The position numbers were made by a program, and so were the translations under genes. Of a stretch of 64,000 nt of DNA, positions 18,620 to 28,339 are shown in pieces. Position 1 is the stretch's first letter. Each line of letters opens with the position of its first letter. The stretch spans positions 843 through 64,842 of the forward strand of contig JAVQXV010000001.1 of assembly GCA_033577755.1 (NCBI GenBank). Direction: 5' to 3'. The notes beneath the pieces are model-generated. The model saw only the letters and a list, made by a program, of their open reading frames with translations. It had not been told where the DNA came from and did not search any database. Source of the DNA: Anaerolineales bacterium. GTDB lineage: Bacteria > Chloroflexota > Anaerolineae > Anaerolineales > UBA6663.

Positions 18620-20947
18620 TCAGCCCGATGAGCGAACAGTCGCACGGCCAGCCACGTGTGGCGTCCGCCGTTTCTGAAGATGCTCAGCAAGGTAATAACT
18701 GCCGATGACAAAAGCGGCGGCTGCAGCCTGCAGCCCCACGCCTTCCCATGTGGCGTACAGCCCGAACCACGTTCCCAGCCAGAACGGCAAACGCACGCCT
18801 TCGATCAGATGAATGGGCAGCCAGCCTACCACCTGAAGGAGGTGGACGGTGTTGCCCACCATCTGCAACAGCACCACGCCGATGAGGACGCCTGTGACGA
18901 TAAGCATGTCCTTGTACGGAAGGCGCACCTGCAACCGGAAGGTGATGACGCCAACACCCACGACAGCAGCCAGTGCGACCGCCGCACCGATGAGCACAAC
19001 GGCGGTGCCGCCTTCCAAAACCAGCGCCTGCAGGAAGAGCACCGTCTCAAACCCCTCGCGATACATACTGGTGAAACCCAGCGTAACCAGACCCAGCCAC
19101 AGGCCGGTCTCGCCGCTGATCAGCCTGCGCTTGCGAGCATGGAACGCTGCAATCCAATCTGTCCAGTACGTCTTGTGGAAGAACCAGTTAAGAATCAGGA
19201 GCAGCACGCCGATGGCAATCAGCGATACGACTGCTTCGAGCTTTTCACCGTAGCGCGCCAGCGACTGCAGCACGCCGCGCGCCAGCAGCCATGTCGCCGC
19301 AGTCGCAAGCAGCGCCAGCCCGGCGCCCAGCCACATCGGACGCCGGTAGCGGCGCTCCTCGGGGCGCTTCATGCTGGACATCAGCGAGGCAAGGATAAGC
19401 ACAGCTTCCAGGCCTTCGCGAAACACAATCACTCCGGCGTTGGCGGCAACCGCAGCAGGTGCGCTGCTTGCGCCGATGGCGGCCTGCGCCTCGGCCAGGG
19501 CAGCGTCGAGCGCCGCGCGGCTGGCCCTGATTTGACTGAAGGGCGCCCGTTCGCGCAGCAGATAGGCCAGCCCCTTGTGTTCACCTCGCCCGTTCCAAAA
19601 CAGTTCCTCCAGCCTCAGCTTGAGTTCGGGCGCAAAGACAATCAGCTTTGCCTCCGGGCCAATCTCCAGCAGGGCATAGGCCTCCAGCCGTGCCGACTCG
19701 GCCAGGTCGTACTGTCCGGCCCGAGCGGCTTTCTCCATCTGGTCTAGCATGGACCGAATAACGTCAAAGTCGCCGCTGGTGCTGGCGGTCAACCACTCAT
19801 CCGGCATCATCTTCGTCAGCAGCGTGCTAAGGCCTTCGCTCTTCGCCCGAATCTCCTCCGCCGAGGCGACGCGCGTCCGGGCGAGCGAGGCCTCAAGCTG
19901 AACATCCAGCTCGTTTAGCAGCTGCGCTGCCAGCGCGGTCTGTTCAGGGTCACGCGCTTCGAGCAGCGTTTGCAAATCGGCAAAGGCAGCGGCGGCGCCA
20001 TCGCGGAAGGTGACGGCCTCCTGAATCTCCAGCTCGCGCGTCACGTGGCCGTTCGCTACGCCGCGACCATATTCAATGGGCACCAGGGCGAGGTAACGCA
20101 GGAGCTGATTGGCGCGCCGCACCTGCTCCTGCGGTGTCAGCGGCGCGGCGCGGAACCCTTTGAGCGCAGCCTGTACTTCGACCAGCGCGGCCTGAAGATC
20201 GCCCGCGCCGAGGGAGGCCTCAACCAGCCGCGTAAACGACTCTCGCGCCCCATCCAGCCGGCTGAGCGTCCGTTGCTCGGCATACGCCGGAGCAAGAATT
20301 TCAAAGTAGCCCTGCGCCAAGGCCGCGTGCTCGGCGCTGCGGGTGACGAATCCCCTGCTTTGCGCGGCGGCCAGATTGCTCAGCGCCTCGTTGAGCCGGG
20401 CCTGATAGGTATCGAACAAATCTGCGCGCAGGGTAGTGACTGTTTCCGCCGGCGTGACGGCGTTGCGACCGAGTCGCTCGATAGCGAGCGTGGCATCGGC
20501 GTCGGGGCGCGAGAAGCGTGTGGCCTGGCGGAACTCGCGCACCCCAAGCCACTCGCGGGCTGTGGCAGCATCGCCGCGCAAAACCGCTTGCTCGACGACG
20601 GCATAGCCACCGGCGAGGATGGCCGTCCACACTTGCGCACGAGCAGCGGCGAACTCAGCCGCTGTAGGCGCAGCCTGCAAACGGGAAAGTCCGGCCTCAG
20701 CACGCGCAGCGGCAGCTGGATCGGCGGCAGCGATCGGTTGTGCCAACACCGCGCGATAGCGCGCTTCGGCCTCGGTTATCAACGGCGCAACCGTTGACGC
20801 TCCGGCTGCATATTGCAGCTGCGCCCGGACCAGGGCGGCGCGAATGAACTCTGCCGCTTGTCCCGGCGTCTCGGCGGCAGCCAGGGCACGCAGAGGCGCA
20901 GTCAGCGCTATGCCTGCGAGGAACAGGGCGATTAATCGGCGCATCAC
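18620..20947 (-). CDS. FTR1-family iron permease fused to a large N-terminal extracytoplasmic domain
   Basis: C-terminal approx. 290 aa have 7 TM segments and two REXXE motifs (FREGLEAV, YREGFETV). N-terminal approx. 480 aa are a signal peptide plus an Ala-rich helical domain. Alternative ATG at 20944 overlaps the upstream stop by 1 nt. Confidence 0.8.
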   Translation of the reverse strand: MMRRLIALFLAGIALTAPLRALAAAETPGQAAEFIRAALVRAQLQYAAGASTVAPLITEAEARYRAVLAQPIAAADPAAAARAEAGLSRLQAAPTAAEFAAARAQVWTAILAGGYAVVEQAVLRGDAATAREWLGVREFRQATRFSRPDADATLAIERLGRNAVTPAETVTTLRADLFDTYQARLNEALSNLAAAQSRGFVTRSAEHAALAQGYFEILAPAYAEQRTLSRLDGARESFTRLVEASLGAGDLQAALVEVQAALKGFRAAPLTPQEQVRRANQLLRYLALVPIEYGRGVANGHVTRELEIQEAVTFRDGAAAAFADLQTLLEARDPEQTALAAQLLNELDVQLEASLARTRVASAEEIRAKSEGLSTLLTKMMPDEWLTASTSGDFDVIRSMLDQMEKAARAGQYDLAESARLEAYALLEIGPEAKLIVFAPELKLRLEELFWNGRGEHKGLAYLLRERAPFSQIRASRAALDAALAEAQAAIGASSAPAAVAANAGVIVFREGLEAVLILASLMSSMKRPEERRYRRPMWLGAGLALLATAATWLLARGVLQSLARYGEKLEAVVSLIAIGVLLLILNWFFHKTYWTDWIAAFHARKRRLISGETGLWLGLVTLGFTSMYREGFETVLFLQALVLEGGTAVVLIGAAVALAAVVGVGVITFRLQVRLPYKDMLIVTGVLIGVVLLQMVGNTVHLLQVVGWLPIHLIEGVRLPFWLGTWFGLYATWEGVGLQAAAAAFVIGSYYLAEHLQKRRTPHVAGRATVRSSG

Positions 20948-22017
20948 TCGACAATCTGGATGTTAAGTTTGGCGGCGACTTGAGCGATGAGGCCGGCAAT
21001 GGCCGTAGCGCGGTTCTGCGCCTCGGCGCCGAGCAGGTCAGCCTCTTCGGGGGTGAAGCGTTTACCGCTCTGCTCCTGCCGGTGCACCTCGGCGACGAAG
21101 GCTTTGAGATCGGCCAAGCCCTGTTTGATCTGCGCGTCCTGGCCGGCGTCAACAGAGACGATGAGGGGGCTGACGTTCGCGTGCACCACCTGCAGGCTGC
21201 TGAGGATGTCCTGAATATCGGCCAGGCGCGAGATGGCGACGAAGTCGCGCTGGGTCGAGGCCTCGCCGGCGACGAAGCGCGAGTTCTTCCATGAGTCGAA
21301 GTATTCGCTCATCGTCGGCACCATCACCACCAGCGCAGTGAAGGCATCGCTCTCGGTGGGCGTCCATGCCTGCGCTGCAGCCTGCAAATCGCCGACATAG
21401 CGGTCCAGCGCTTCGGCAGCGGCCTTGAGCACGTTGGCATCGGGCAGAGTCTCACTGAATTCGATTTGGCCATCGCCGTCCCAGTCGGCGGCGACAGGCG
21501 CGGCGAATTCCGCAAACGTCCCCCACAACGTCGCCTCGGTCACGCCGAACAGGTTGCCCGGCCGGGACAGGACACGGCCATCGGGCAGAGTAAGGTCGAA
21601 CGGGGCAGCGCCCTCGGGGTCTTCCGCGCCTGAAGCGCCGGCATCCAGAATGACATCGAACTCGGACAGCGAGGGCGTGCCGGCCACAATGCCTTCAACC
21701 TGCTCGTAGAGCGGGCTGGCGACCTTCCAGGCTTCGCGCCCGGCCCCGATGAGCTGCTTGGCTTCATCGGCGCGGCTCGCCCAGAGCGCCGCATAGTCGA
21801 ATTCATTGGCTTTCGCCAGTTCGTAGTATCGGTCGGCTTCAGCGCTCAGGGCGGATGTGGCGCTCTTAAGCGATCCCACTTTGTCGAGCAGATACGTCTT
21901 GATACCGCTCAAGTCAATCTGGGCAGGGGCTACAGTAGGGGAAGGCGTCGGAGCCGGCGTGCAGGCAGCCAGCAGACCAGCTGCCAGAACCAGCCTTGCA
22001 AGAGTCCGCTCTATCAC
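20944..22017 (-). CDS. imelysin / EfeO-EfeM-like iron-uptake lipoprotein
   Basis: Start moved to GTG 22017 (VIERTLARLVLAAGLLAAC lipobox), with GGAGAA 4 nt upstream. Helical M75-like protein with HxxE (VHRQE). Coupled to the FTR1 gene. Confidence 0.65.
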   Translation of the reverse strand: MIERTLARLVLAAGLLAACTPAPTPSPTVAPAQIDLSGIKTYLLDKVGSLKSATSALSAEADRYYELAKANEFDYAALWASRADEAKQLIGAGREAWKVASPLYEQVEGIVAGTPSLSEFDVILDAGASGAEDPEGAAPFDLTLPDGRVLSRPGNLFGVTEATLWGTFAEFAAPVAADWDGDGQIEFSETLPDANVLKAAAEALDRYVGDLQAAAQAWTPTESDAFTALVVMVPTMSEYFDSWKNSRFVAGEASTQRDFVAISRLADIQDILSSLQVVHANVSPLIVSVDAGQDAQIKQGLADLKAFVAEVHRQEQSGKRFTPEEADLLGAEAQNRATAIAGLIAQVAAKLNIQIVE

Positions 22018-22029
22018 CTGTTTCTCCGT

Positions 22030-22062
22030 ATTGCGAATAATTTGCATCTGGATTATCATCAT
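22030..22062. promoter_or_regulatory. Fur-box-like AT-rich operator candidate
   Basis: GATTATCATCAT and GAATAATTTGCAT hexamer-type repeats (10/12 to GATAATCATTAT), just upstream of the lipoprotein start in the divergent region. Confidence 0.4.
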
Positions 22063-22122
22063 CCGCATCTACGAAATCAATCGTCCCGCGAAACTTGCGA
22101 ATTTGGTCGGGTCGAGCGCGAA

Positions 22123-22138
22123 GTTAACCGAGGTCAAC
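22123..22138. promoter_or_regulatory. imperfect palindrome GTTAACCGAGGTCAAC (DtxR/IdeR-type operator candidate)
   Basis: 12/16 self-complementary. Lies 17 nt upstream of the DtxR-family ATG. Confidence 0.25.
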
Positions 22139-22154
22139 ATTGAACATCAGTCCG

Positions 22155-22811
22155 ATGATGCGCGAATACCTGGGGGAGATTTATCGGCTGCAATCCACGC
22201 CCGAAGGCGCGACCACTTCGCTGCTGGCTGAACGGCTTGAGGTCTCACCTTCTGCTGTAGTGCGGATGCTGCGCCGTCTTGCCGAGGCCAAGATGCTTAC
22301 GCATGTGCCGTACAAGGGCGTGACGCTCACCCCCGCCGGCGAACGCGAGGCGCTCAAATCCATCCGGCGACACCGCCTGCTGGAGGTGTTCCTGGTAAAG
22401 GTGATGGGCTTTGGCTGGGAGGAAGTGCACGCGGAGTCGCACGGCCTGCAACTCACCATCAGCGAGGCCTTCGAGGACCGCATGGATGCGGTCTGCGGCT
22501 ATCCCACCCACTGTCCGCACGGCGACCCCATTCCGACGAAGGATGGGCGCATCGCGCCGACTAATGATCAGCCGCTGACCGAGGTCGGCGTTGGCGCGTC
22601 CGCCGTGGTGCGCCGCGTCAAGACCGACGACGCCGGCAAGCTGCGCTATCTGGCCGAACTGGGGCTGGTTCCCGGCACCCCCATCCACGTCGTCAACCGC
22701 GCGCCGTTCAACGGGCCACTGCGGCTGCAAATCGGCGCCGGCGCGAAACCGACCGAGCACGTCATCGGGACAGAGATTGCACAGGTAGTGCGCGTGGAGG
22801 TGGTGAAATGA
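22155..22811 (+). CDS. DtxR/IdeR/MntR-family metal-dependent transcriptional regulator with C-terminal FeoA/SH3-like domain
   Basis: MMREYLGEIYRL..., HTH, dimerisation/metal-site region (HRLLEVFL, EVHAESH, CPHGDPIP). ORF track offers a TTG at 22140 as an alternative start. Confidence 0.85.
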   Translation: MMREYLGEIYRLQSTPEGATTSLLAERLEVSPSAVVRMLRRLAEAKMLTHVPYKGVTLTPAGEREALKSIRRHRLLEVFLVKVMGFGWEEVHAESHGLQLTISEAFEDRMDAVCGYPTHCPHGDPIPTKDGRIAPTNDQPLTEVGVGASAVVRRVKTDDAGKLRYLAELGLVPGTPIHVVNRAPFNGPLRLQIGAGAKPTEHVIGTEIAQVVRVEVVK

Positions 22812-23239
22812 CGCGCACCGACATCCTCGAGCGCCTGCGTGCTTCGGGCTATCGGCTCACCGGGCCGCGCCGCGCGCTGGTTGAGGCCCTGCTGCAGGCC
22901 GAGCGCCCTCTCACCGCCGACGAACTGTACCGGCGCGTGCGCCGCGCGGGCATGAACCTCTCCACCGTCTATCGCAACCTCTCGGCCTTTGTGGAGATGG
23001 GCTGGCTGACCGCCGTGCGCGGGGTGAACGGCAAGCAGCACTACTGCGTGCAGACCGGCGATGGGCCTTCGTTCTCCATCCTCTGTCTCGATTGCGGCAA
23101 GGTCAATCCGGTGGCCGCCGCACCCGACCCGGTGCTCAGCGACACGGTGCGCGGCCTGGGCTTCAAAGCCGAGTCGCTGCGCGTCACGCTGGCCGCGCAC
23201 TGTGCGCACGTATGCGAGGGGCGCAGCGAAACCCGTTGA
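22808..23239 (+). CDS. fur: Fur-family transcriptional regulator
   Basis: 143 aa. The pattern R.T.PR..L...L......T..ELY......N.STVYRNL is typical of Fur/Zur/PerR. ATGA overlap with the DtxR-family gene. Confidence 0.8.
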   Translation: MTRTDILERLRASGYRLTGPRRALVEALLQAERPLTADELYRRVRRAGMNLSTVYRNLSAFVEMGWLTAVRGVNGKQHYCVQTGDGPSFSILCLDCGKVNPVAAAPDPVLSDTVRGLGFKAESLRVTLAAHCAHVCEGRSETR

Positions 23240-23250
23240 GCGCATTTTTA

Positions 23251-23350
23251 TTCGCACCCATTCACACTCATTCGTGCCCATTCGCGTCCCTTCGTGCTCG
23301 TTCGTGTCCCTTTCGTGCTCATTCGTGTCCATTCGTGTTCATTCGTGTCC
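23251..23350. repeat. one-handed low-complexity word array (CATTCGTG / CCTTCGTG units)
   Basis: About 9 degenerate 10-12-nt units sharing TTCGTG. No complementary arm nearby. Same word as the hairpin at 16723-16825. Confidence 0.75.
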
Positions 23351-23526
23351 TCCAAAAGACCACGCTTTGGCACTGTAAAGAAACCGAGTTGACGCTCAGC
23401 CCTCCTTGCCTCTCCTCCCGCTATCCAACCCATAAGAAAAACCGATGCCACTGAATCTGGCCTAATCGCGGCGGTTCGCCTACAATCGCCGGCCAGACCA
23501 TGCTTGTGCGGAAAGGCTTTGTTGTC

Positions 23527-24465
23527 ATGGCGGTGAACCGTTTTGCGAAATACGCCTGGGGCGTGCTGGCGTTCAACCTGCTGGTGATTGTGTGGGGCGC
23601 GGTCGTTAGCGCCACCGGCTCCGGCGCAGGCTGCGGCGAACACTGGCCTACCTGTAACGGCGAGGTCATCCCGATGGCCCCGGCGGTCGAGACGCTGATT
23701 GAGTTCTCACACCGCGCCACGAGCGGCATCGCGCTCTTGCTGGTGTTCGGCATGGCAATCTGGGCGTTCCGCGCCTACCCGGCAGGCCACCTGGTGCGCA
23801 AGGCAGCGGTGGCCTCGGTGGTGGTCATCATCGTCGAGTCGCTGCTGGGTGCCTCGCTGGTGCTCTTCGGCTGGACGGCGCTGGACACCTCCGCGATGCG
23901 GGTGGTCATCCAGCCGATTCACATGCTCAACACCCTCATCCTGATCGGGACGATCCTGTTCACGGCGTGGTGGGCGTCCGGCGGGCCGCCGGTGCAATTG
24001 CGCGGGCAGGGCCGGCGGCTATGGTGGTTCGTGCTCGGTGGCCTGGGCATCTGGCTGACGAGCGCCACCGGCGCCGTGATTTCGCTGGGCGACCTGCTGG
24101 CGATCCGGCTCGGCGAGAACTACAACGAGCTGGTGACTTTGCTGGTGCAGTTGCGGCTCGGCCATCCGGCAGTATCTATCCTGGCCGGCCTGTTTCTCAT
24201 CTGGCTGGCACTGCGCCCGGATACGACGCCCACACCGCTCGCGCAGCGCTTCGCCTGGGCCGTCGGCGGGCTGGTCGTCGCCCAGTGGGCCGTCGGCCTG
24301 ACGAACGTGGTGCTGCGCGTGCCGCTGTGGACACAGCTCCTGCACCTCTTCCTGGCCGATTTGCTCTGGCTTGCGACTCTGCTGTGGGCGGCCACGGCGC
24401 TGGCGCATCGCGAAGCGCCGATAGCCGCGCCGCATCCCGTCCCCTCGGCGGCGAGTACAGACTGA
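23527..24465 (+). CDS. ctaA: heme A synthase (COX15/CtaA family)
   Basis: GSGAGCGEHWPTCNG motif and 8 TM helices with conserved His. Alternative ATG at 23500. TACAAT at 23481-23486. Confidence 0.8.
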   Translation: MAVNRFAKYAWGVLAFNLLVIVWGAVVSATGSGAGCGEHWPTCNGEVIPMAPAVETLIEFSHRATSGIALLLVFGMAIWAFRAYPAGHLVRKAAVASVVVIIVESLLGASLVLFGWTALDTSAMRVVIQPIHMLNTLILIGTILFTAWWASGGPPVQLRGQGRRLWWFVLGGLGIWLTSATGAVISLGDLLAIRLGENYNELVTLLVQLRLGHPAVSILAGLFLIWLALRPDTTPTPLAQRFAWAVGGLVVAQWAVGLTNVVLRVPLWTQLLHLFLADLLWLATLLWAATALAHREAPIAAPHPVPSAASTD

Positions 24466-24488
24466 GCTATGAGCAACGGGGGCGTCGG

Positions 24489-25046
24489 TTAGCGCCGCGT
24501 GATTTGCGCCTCGAGCGCGGCATTACGCAACGCAGCGACTTCCACATAACGGCGCAGCCACATGCTCAGGCCGGAGTCGGGCGAATCGAGCAGAGCGGCC
24601 AGCAGATGCAGCACGTTGATGTTGGCCGAGCCGCAGATGGCGGCAAACTCACCGGCGCGCGCAAAGGCTGCCTTGCTGGCAGGGGAACGATGGATCACCG
24701 CCGAGTCGCCTTCCTGCGCCGAGGACTGCAGAATGCCTGTGCGGAGTGAATTGATCAGGCTGAGCATGCCCGAGGATTTGCGATGACGCAGTTTGCGGCG
24801 CAACGTAGCCGGGCTTAGGTTGAATTGATAAAAGACGGCGTTGAGCGCGCCGATCTCAGGTTGCATCGCCTCGGCATCGGCGACGTCGTAGCCAAGGTCA
24901 ATCAGCGGTGTGACAGTCGCAAAATCCTCCAGCTTGCATAAGCCGATAAACAGATGCTCCGGTTCGATCATCCGGCTTCGGGCCCGCCCGGCTTCATTGG
25001 CTGCAATATCCCAGGCCAGCAGAAGGGGCATAGAGAAGTTCGTCAT
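24489..25046 (-). CDS. Clp N-terminal (Clp_R repeat) domain protein
   Basis: Two Clp_N-like repeats (A..EA.......IEPEHLFIGL.. and NVLHLLAALL). Start trimmed to MTNFSM. Confidence 0.6.
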   Translation of the reverse strand: MTNFSMPLLLAWDIAANEAGRARSRMIEPEHLFIGLCKLEDFATVTPLIDLGYDVADAEAMQPEIGALNAVFYQFNLSPATLRRKLRHRKSSGMLSLINSLRTGILQSSAQEGDSAVIHRSPASKAAFARAGEFAAICGSANINVLHLLAALLDSPDSGLSMWLRRYVEVAALRNAALEAQITRR

Positions 25047-25179
25047 GGAGGAGCCCGATGCGCTTCGTAACGGAAAAGGCAGCGTTAACGTAACGTGTCC
25101 GGCGCAATCGGACAAGCAGCCGTCAGGGTCGCTCTCAACTTTTCTACAACCGAGAATTGCGCGTGCTATACTCGCGTTG

Positions 25180-25908
25180 ATGAGAGTACAGATGGCTGCG
25201 CGGGAAGAAGTGCGCGCCCTGCTTCAACCCTTGCTCGACCCACGCTCGCCGGCGGACGCGCTGGCGGTGTACTACGCCCTGTATCATCCCCTGGAGCGCA
25301 CCACGCTGATGACCGCATCGGAAGCGAGCGGGCGTTTGACCGGCTTCCTCGTCCGGGCACGCACCGGCCTCGACCTGTTCCGGCCGCTCGTTACACTACG
25401 CGCTCAGGACGAGGCCACCGTGGCCGCCCTGGTGCGCGAAGGCTTGCCGGTTGGGCAGCCCGTGTATCTCACCGTGCCGCTCGCGCTCGGGCCGTGGCTG
25501 AACAAACATCTCGCCGTCTCGGAGGCCGAAGTTCATCGCCTTTACCGTTTGCGCGCAGAGCGCCACCAGCCGATCATCAACGTGCTCACCCTCACCGGCC
25601 ACGACGCCACCGGTGCGCCGCGCTGCGAAATTCGGCCCGGCGGTGAACTCGGCGCAGTTGCCGGCATCAATTGGCAATCGCCCGACTATGCCGAAATCTA
25701 TGTGTACACAGACCCGGCGGCGCGGGGCCGGGGCTGGGGCAAGTCGGTCGTTTCCACGCTGGCCGGCCTGCTGCTGAAGTCGGGCCGCACGCCACTGTAC
25801 GTCGTCGCCGAGTCCAACGACTATTCCATCCGCCTGGCCGAAGCGGTCGGTTTTGAAGACACCGGCTTTCGCGAATACGTGGCGCAGGCGGTTCGCAACG
25901 AGGCATAA
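25180..25908 (+). CDS. GNAT-family N-acetyltransferase
   Basis: C-terminal acetyl-CoA motif RGRGWGKSVVSTLAG. Start trimmed from the 332-aa ORF because the upstream part is antisense to the Clp_N gene. Confidence 0.6.
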   Translation: MRVQMAAREEVRALLQPLLDPRSPADALAVYYALYHPLERTTLMTASEASGRLTGFLVRARTGLDLFRPLVTLRAQDEATVAALVREGLPVGQPVYLTVPLALGPWLNKHLAVSEAEVHRLYRLRAERHQPIINVLTLTGHDATGAPRCEIRPGGELGAVAGINWQSPDYAEIYVYTDPAARGRGWGKSVVSTLAGLLLKSGRTPLYVVAESNDYSIRLAEAVGFEDTGFREYVAQAVRNEA

Positions 25909-25911
25909 ACG

Positions 25912-27249
<1,338 letters not shown>

Positions 27250-27268
27250 CGCAACCGGGCAGATCGCG

Positions 27269-27475
27269 TCAGGGCCGGATCACCAGGTTATCCCAGAATA
27301 AGATTCGCCCGTCGCGTTCGCGGCAGAGGTCAACGCGCTGAGCGTTCTGGGCGGCTTCCACGTACTCGTCCTCGGAGAGCGGTGGATATTCGACTCCGGT
27401 GCGGTACACGGTGAAGCCCATGCGCTTCATCATGCGGTACTGCTCGCGGACAGCGGACTCATGCGCTGTATCCAT
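27269..27475 (-). CDS. hypothetical small protein (68 aa)
   Basis: ATG with AAGGA 5 nt upstream. No family recognised. Overlaps by 17 nt a 52-69-aa upstream ORF that runs into an R1 repeat. Confidence 0.4.
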   Translation of the reverse strand: MDTAHESAVREQYRMMKRMGFTVYRTGVEYPPLSEDEYVEAAQNAQRVDLCRERDGRILFWDNLVIRP

Positions 27476-27660
27476 AAGTATCCTTCACCAGGCCGAACTT
27501 TACACGTGCCACTGTCAACCCATTCTGGGCGCCGTGAAGAGCCTCGGACACTGCCAGGGCAGTGGGCAAGGCTTCACGCGTTTCGGTGCCGTCGGTGAGC
27601 GTGCGAATCAGCGTCACCGGTGGCCCGAAGAAGCCAGGGGCAAAGGAGGGCCTCCACACA

Positions 27661-27764
27661 GTGTGCACGCAAAGGTTGTCAGGTAACGTGCCGCCCCCTT
27701 CGACTGCCGCTACGCTTCGCTCAGCGTCCGCTCAGGGTGCGGCTGACATGTTTTGCGTGCACAC
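27661..27764 (+). repeat. R1 repeat, full copy
   Basis: GTGTGCACGCAAAGGTTGTCAGG...CTGACATGTTTTGCGTGCACAC, with perfect 13-nt inverted termini. Confidence 0.9.
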
Positions 27765-28075
27765 TCCACACGCGGAAGAGAAAGAAAAGCACTCAGAAGA
27801 GACCTCGCTCTAAACGCGCGCGGCAGCCGGACGCTGTCTCAAGGGTGCCCAAACTGCCGCTCAATACCTTTTGATATTTTTTATACGCCGATTTCCCGCC
27901 GGAGTGCAGATTGGTTTTGTTGGATAGTGTTGGGAGGATTAAGGTTTGCGCGACCGATAATCGGAACGGCCGCTCATGCCGGCGAAGAGAAAGCTACGGC
28001 TCTCCCTGCCCCGACAGATTTATCCCCAAACGGCGTAGGCCTCGTTTCACGCCAAGATGCCGGCTCGCCGGGAGG

Positions 28076-28112
28076 GTGTGCACGCAAAGGCGGTCAGGGA
28101 ACGTGCCGCCGT
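28076..28112 (+). repeat. R1 repeat, one-end fragment
   Basis: GTGTGCACGCAAAGGCGGTCAGGGAACGTGCCGCC matches the R1 left end. No right end present. Confidence 0.7.
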
Positions 28113-28152
28113 CTTGGGGTGAGCCTCCCGGTAAACTTTTGAGAGCCGGATT

Positions 28153-28161
28153 TGCTATAAT
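28153..28161 (+). promoter_or_regulatory. extended -10 promoter TGCTATAAT for tRNA-Ser
   Basis: Exact TGnTATAAT, 15 nt upstream of the mature tRNA 5' end. Confidence 0.55.
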
Positions 28162-28175
28162 CAGACTTGCCGATT

Positions 28176-28265
28176 GGAGAGGTCGCCTAGTCTGGTCTAT
28201 GGCGCGCGTCTGGAAAGCGCGTATGGGTAACACCATCGTGGGTTCAAATCCCACCCTCTCCGCCA
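28176..28265 (+). tRNA. tRNA-Ser (anticodon GGA), CCA encoded
   Basis: Acceptor GGAGAGG/CCTCTCC. Anticodon stem CGCGT/GCGCG with loop CTGGAAA. Long variable arm. T-arm GTGGG-TTCAAAT-CCCAC. Discriminator G followed by CCA. Confidence 0.93.
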
Positions 28266-28271
28266 GACGCG

Positions 28272-28306
28272 AAAACACCGCCTCGCGAGGCGGTGTTTTG
28301 CTTTTC
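28272..28306. terminator. bidirectional intrinsic terminator shared by tRNA-Ser and rnpB
   Basis: AAAACACCGCC-tcgcga-GGCGGTGTTTT followed by GCTTTTC. A-run and T-run flank the stem, so it works on both strands. Confidence 0.75.
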
Positions 28307-28339
28307 AGCTGAGCGGCACGGCGCAGATGACCGGAGGAC

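Noticed and set aside
22646-23332. 228-aa minus-strand ORF with a striking MDTNEHERDTNEHEGTRMGTNE repeat.
   Set aside because: The repeat is just the translation of the TTCGTG word array (23251-23350). The rest is antisense to the Fur-family and DtxR-family genes.
23251-23350. Possible CRISPR array. The same question applies to 48289-48370 and the other word arrays.
   Set aside because: The units are 7-12 nt, degenerate and contiguous, with no constant 25-40-nt repeat alternating with unique spacers. No cas genes are in the window.
27620-27874. Recurring peptide-like strings (e.g. FAQRPLRVRLTCFACT) seen in several ORFs at 27.7, 46.9 and 56.7 kb, considered as a possible conserved micro-protein.
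   Set aside because: They are translations of the R1 repeat. Copies differ by indels that shift the frame (e.g. at 49.9 kb), and there is no conserved start codon or RBS.
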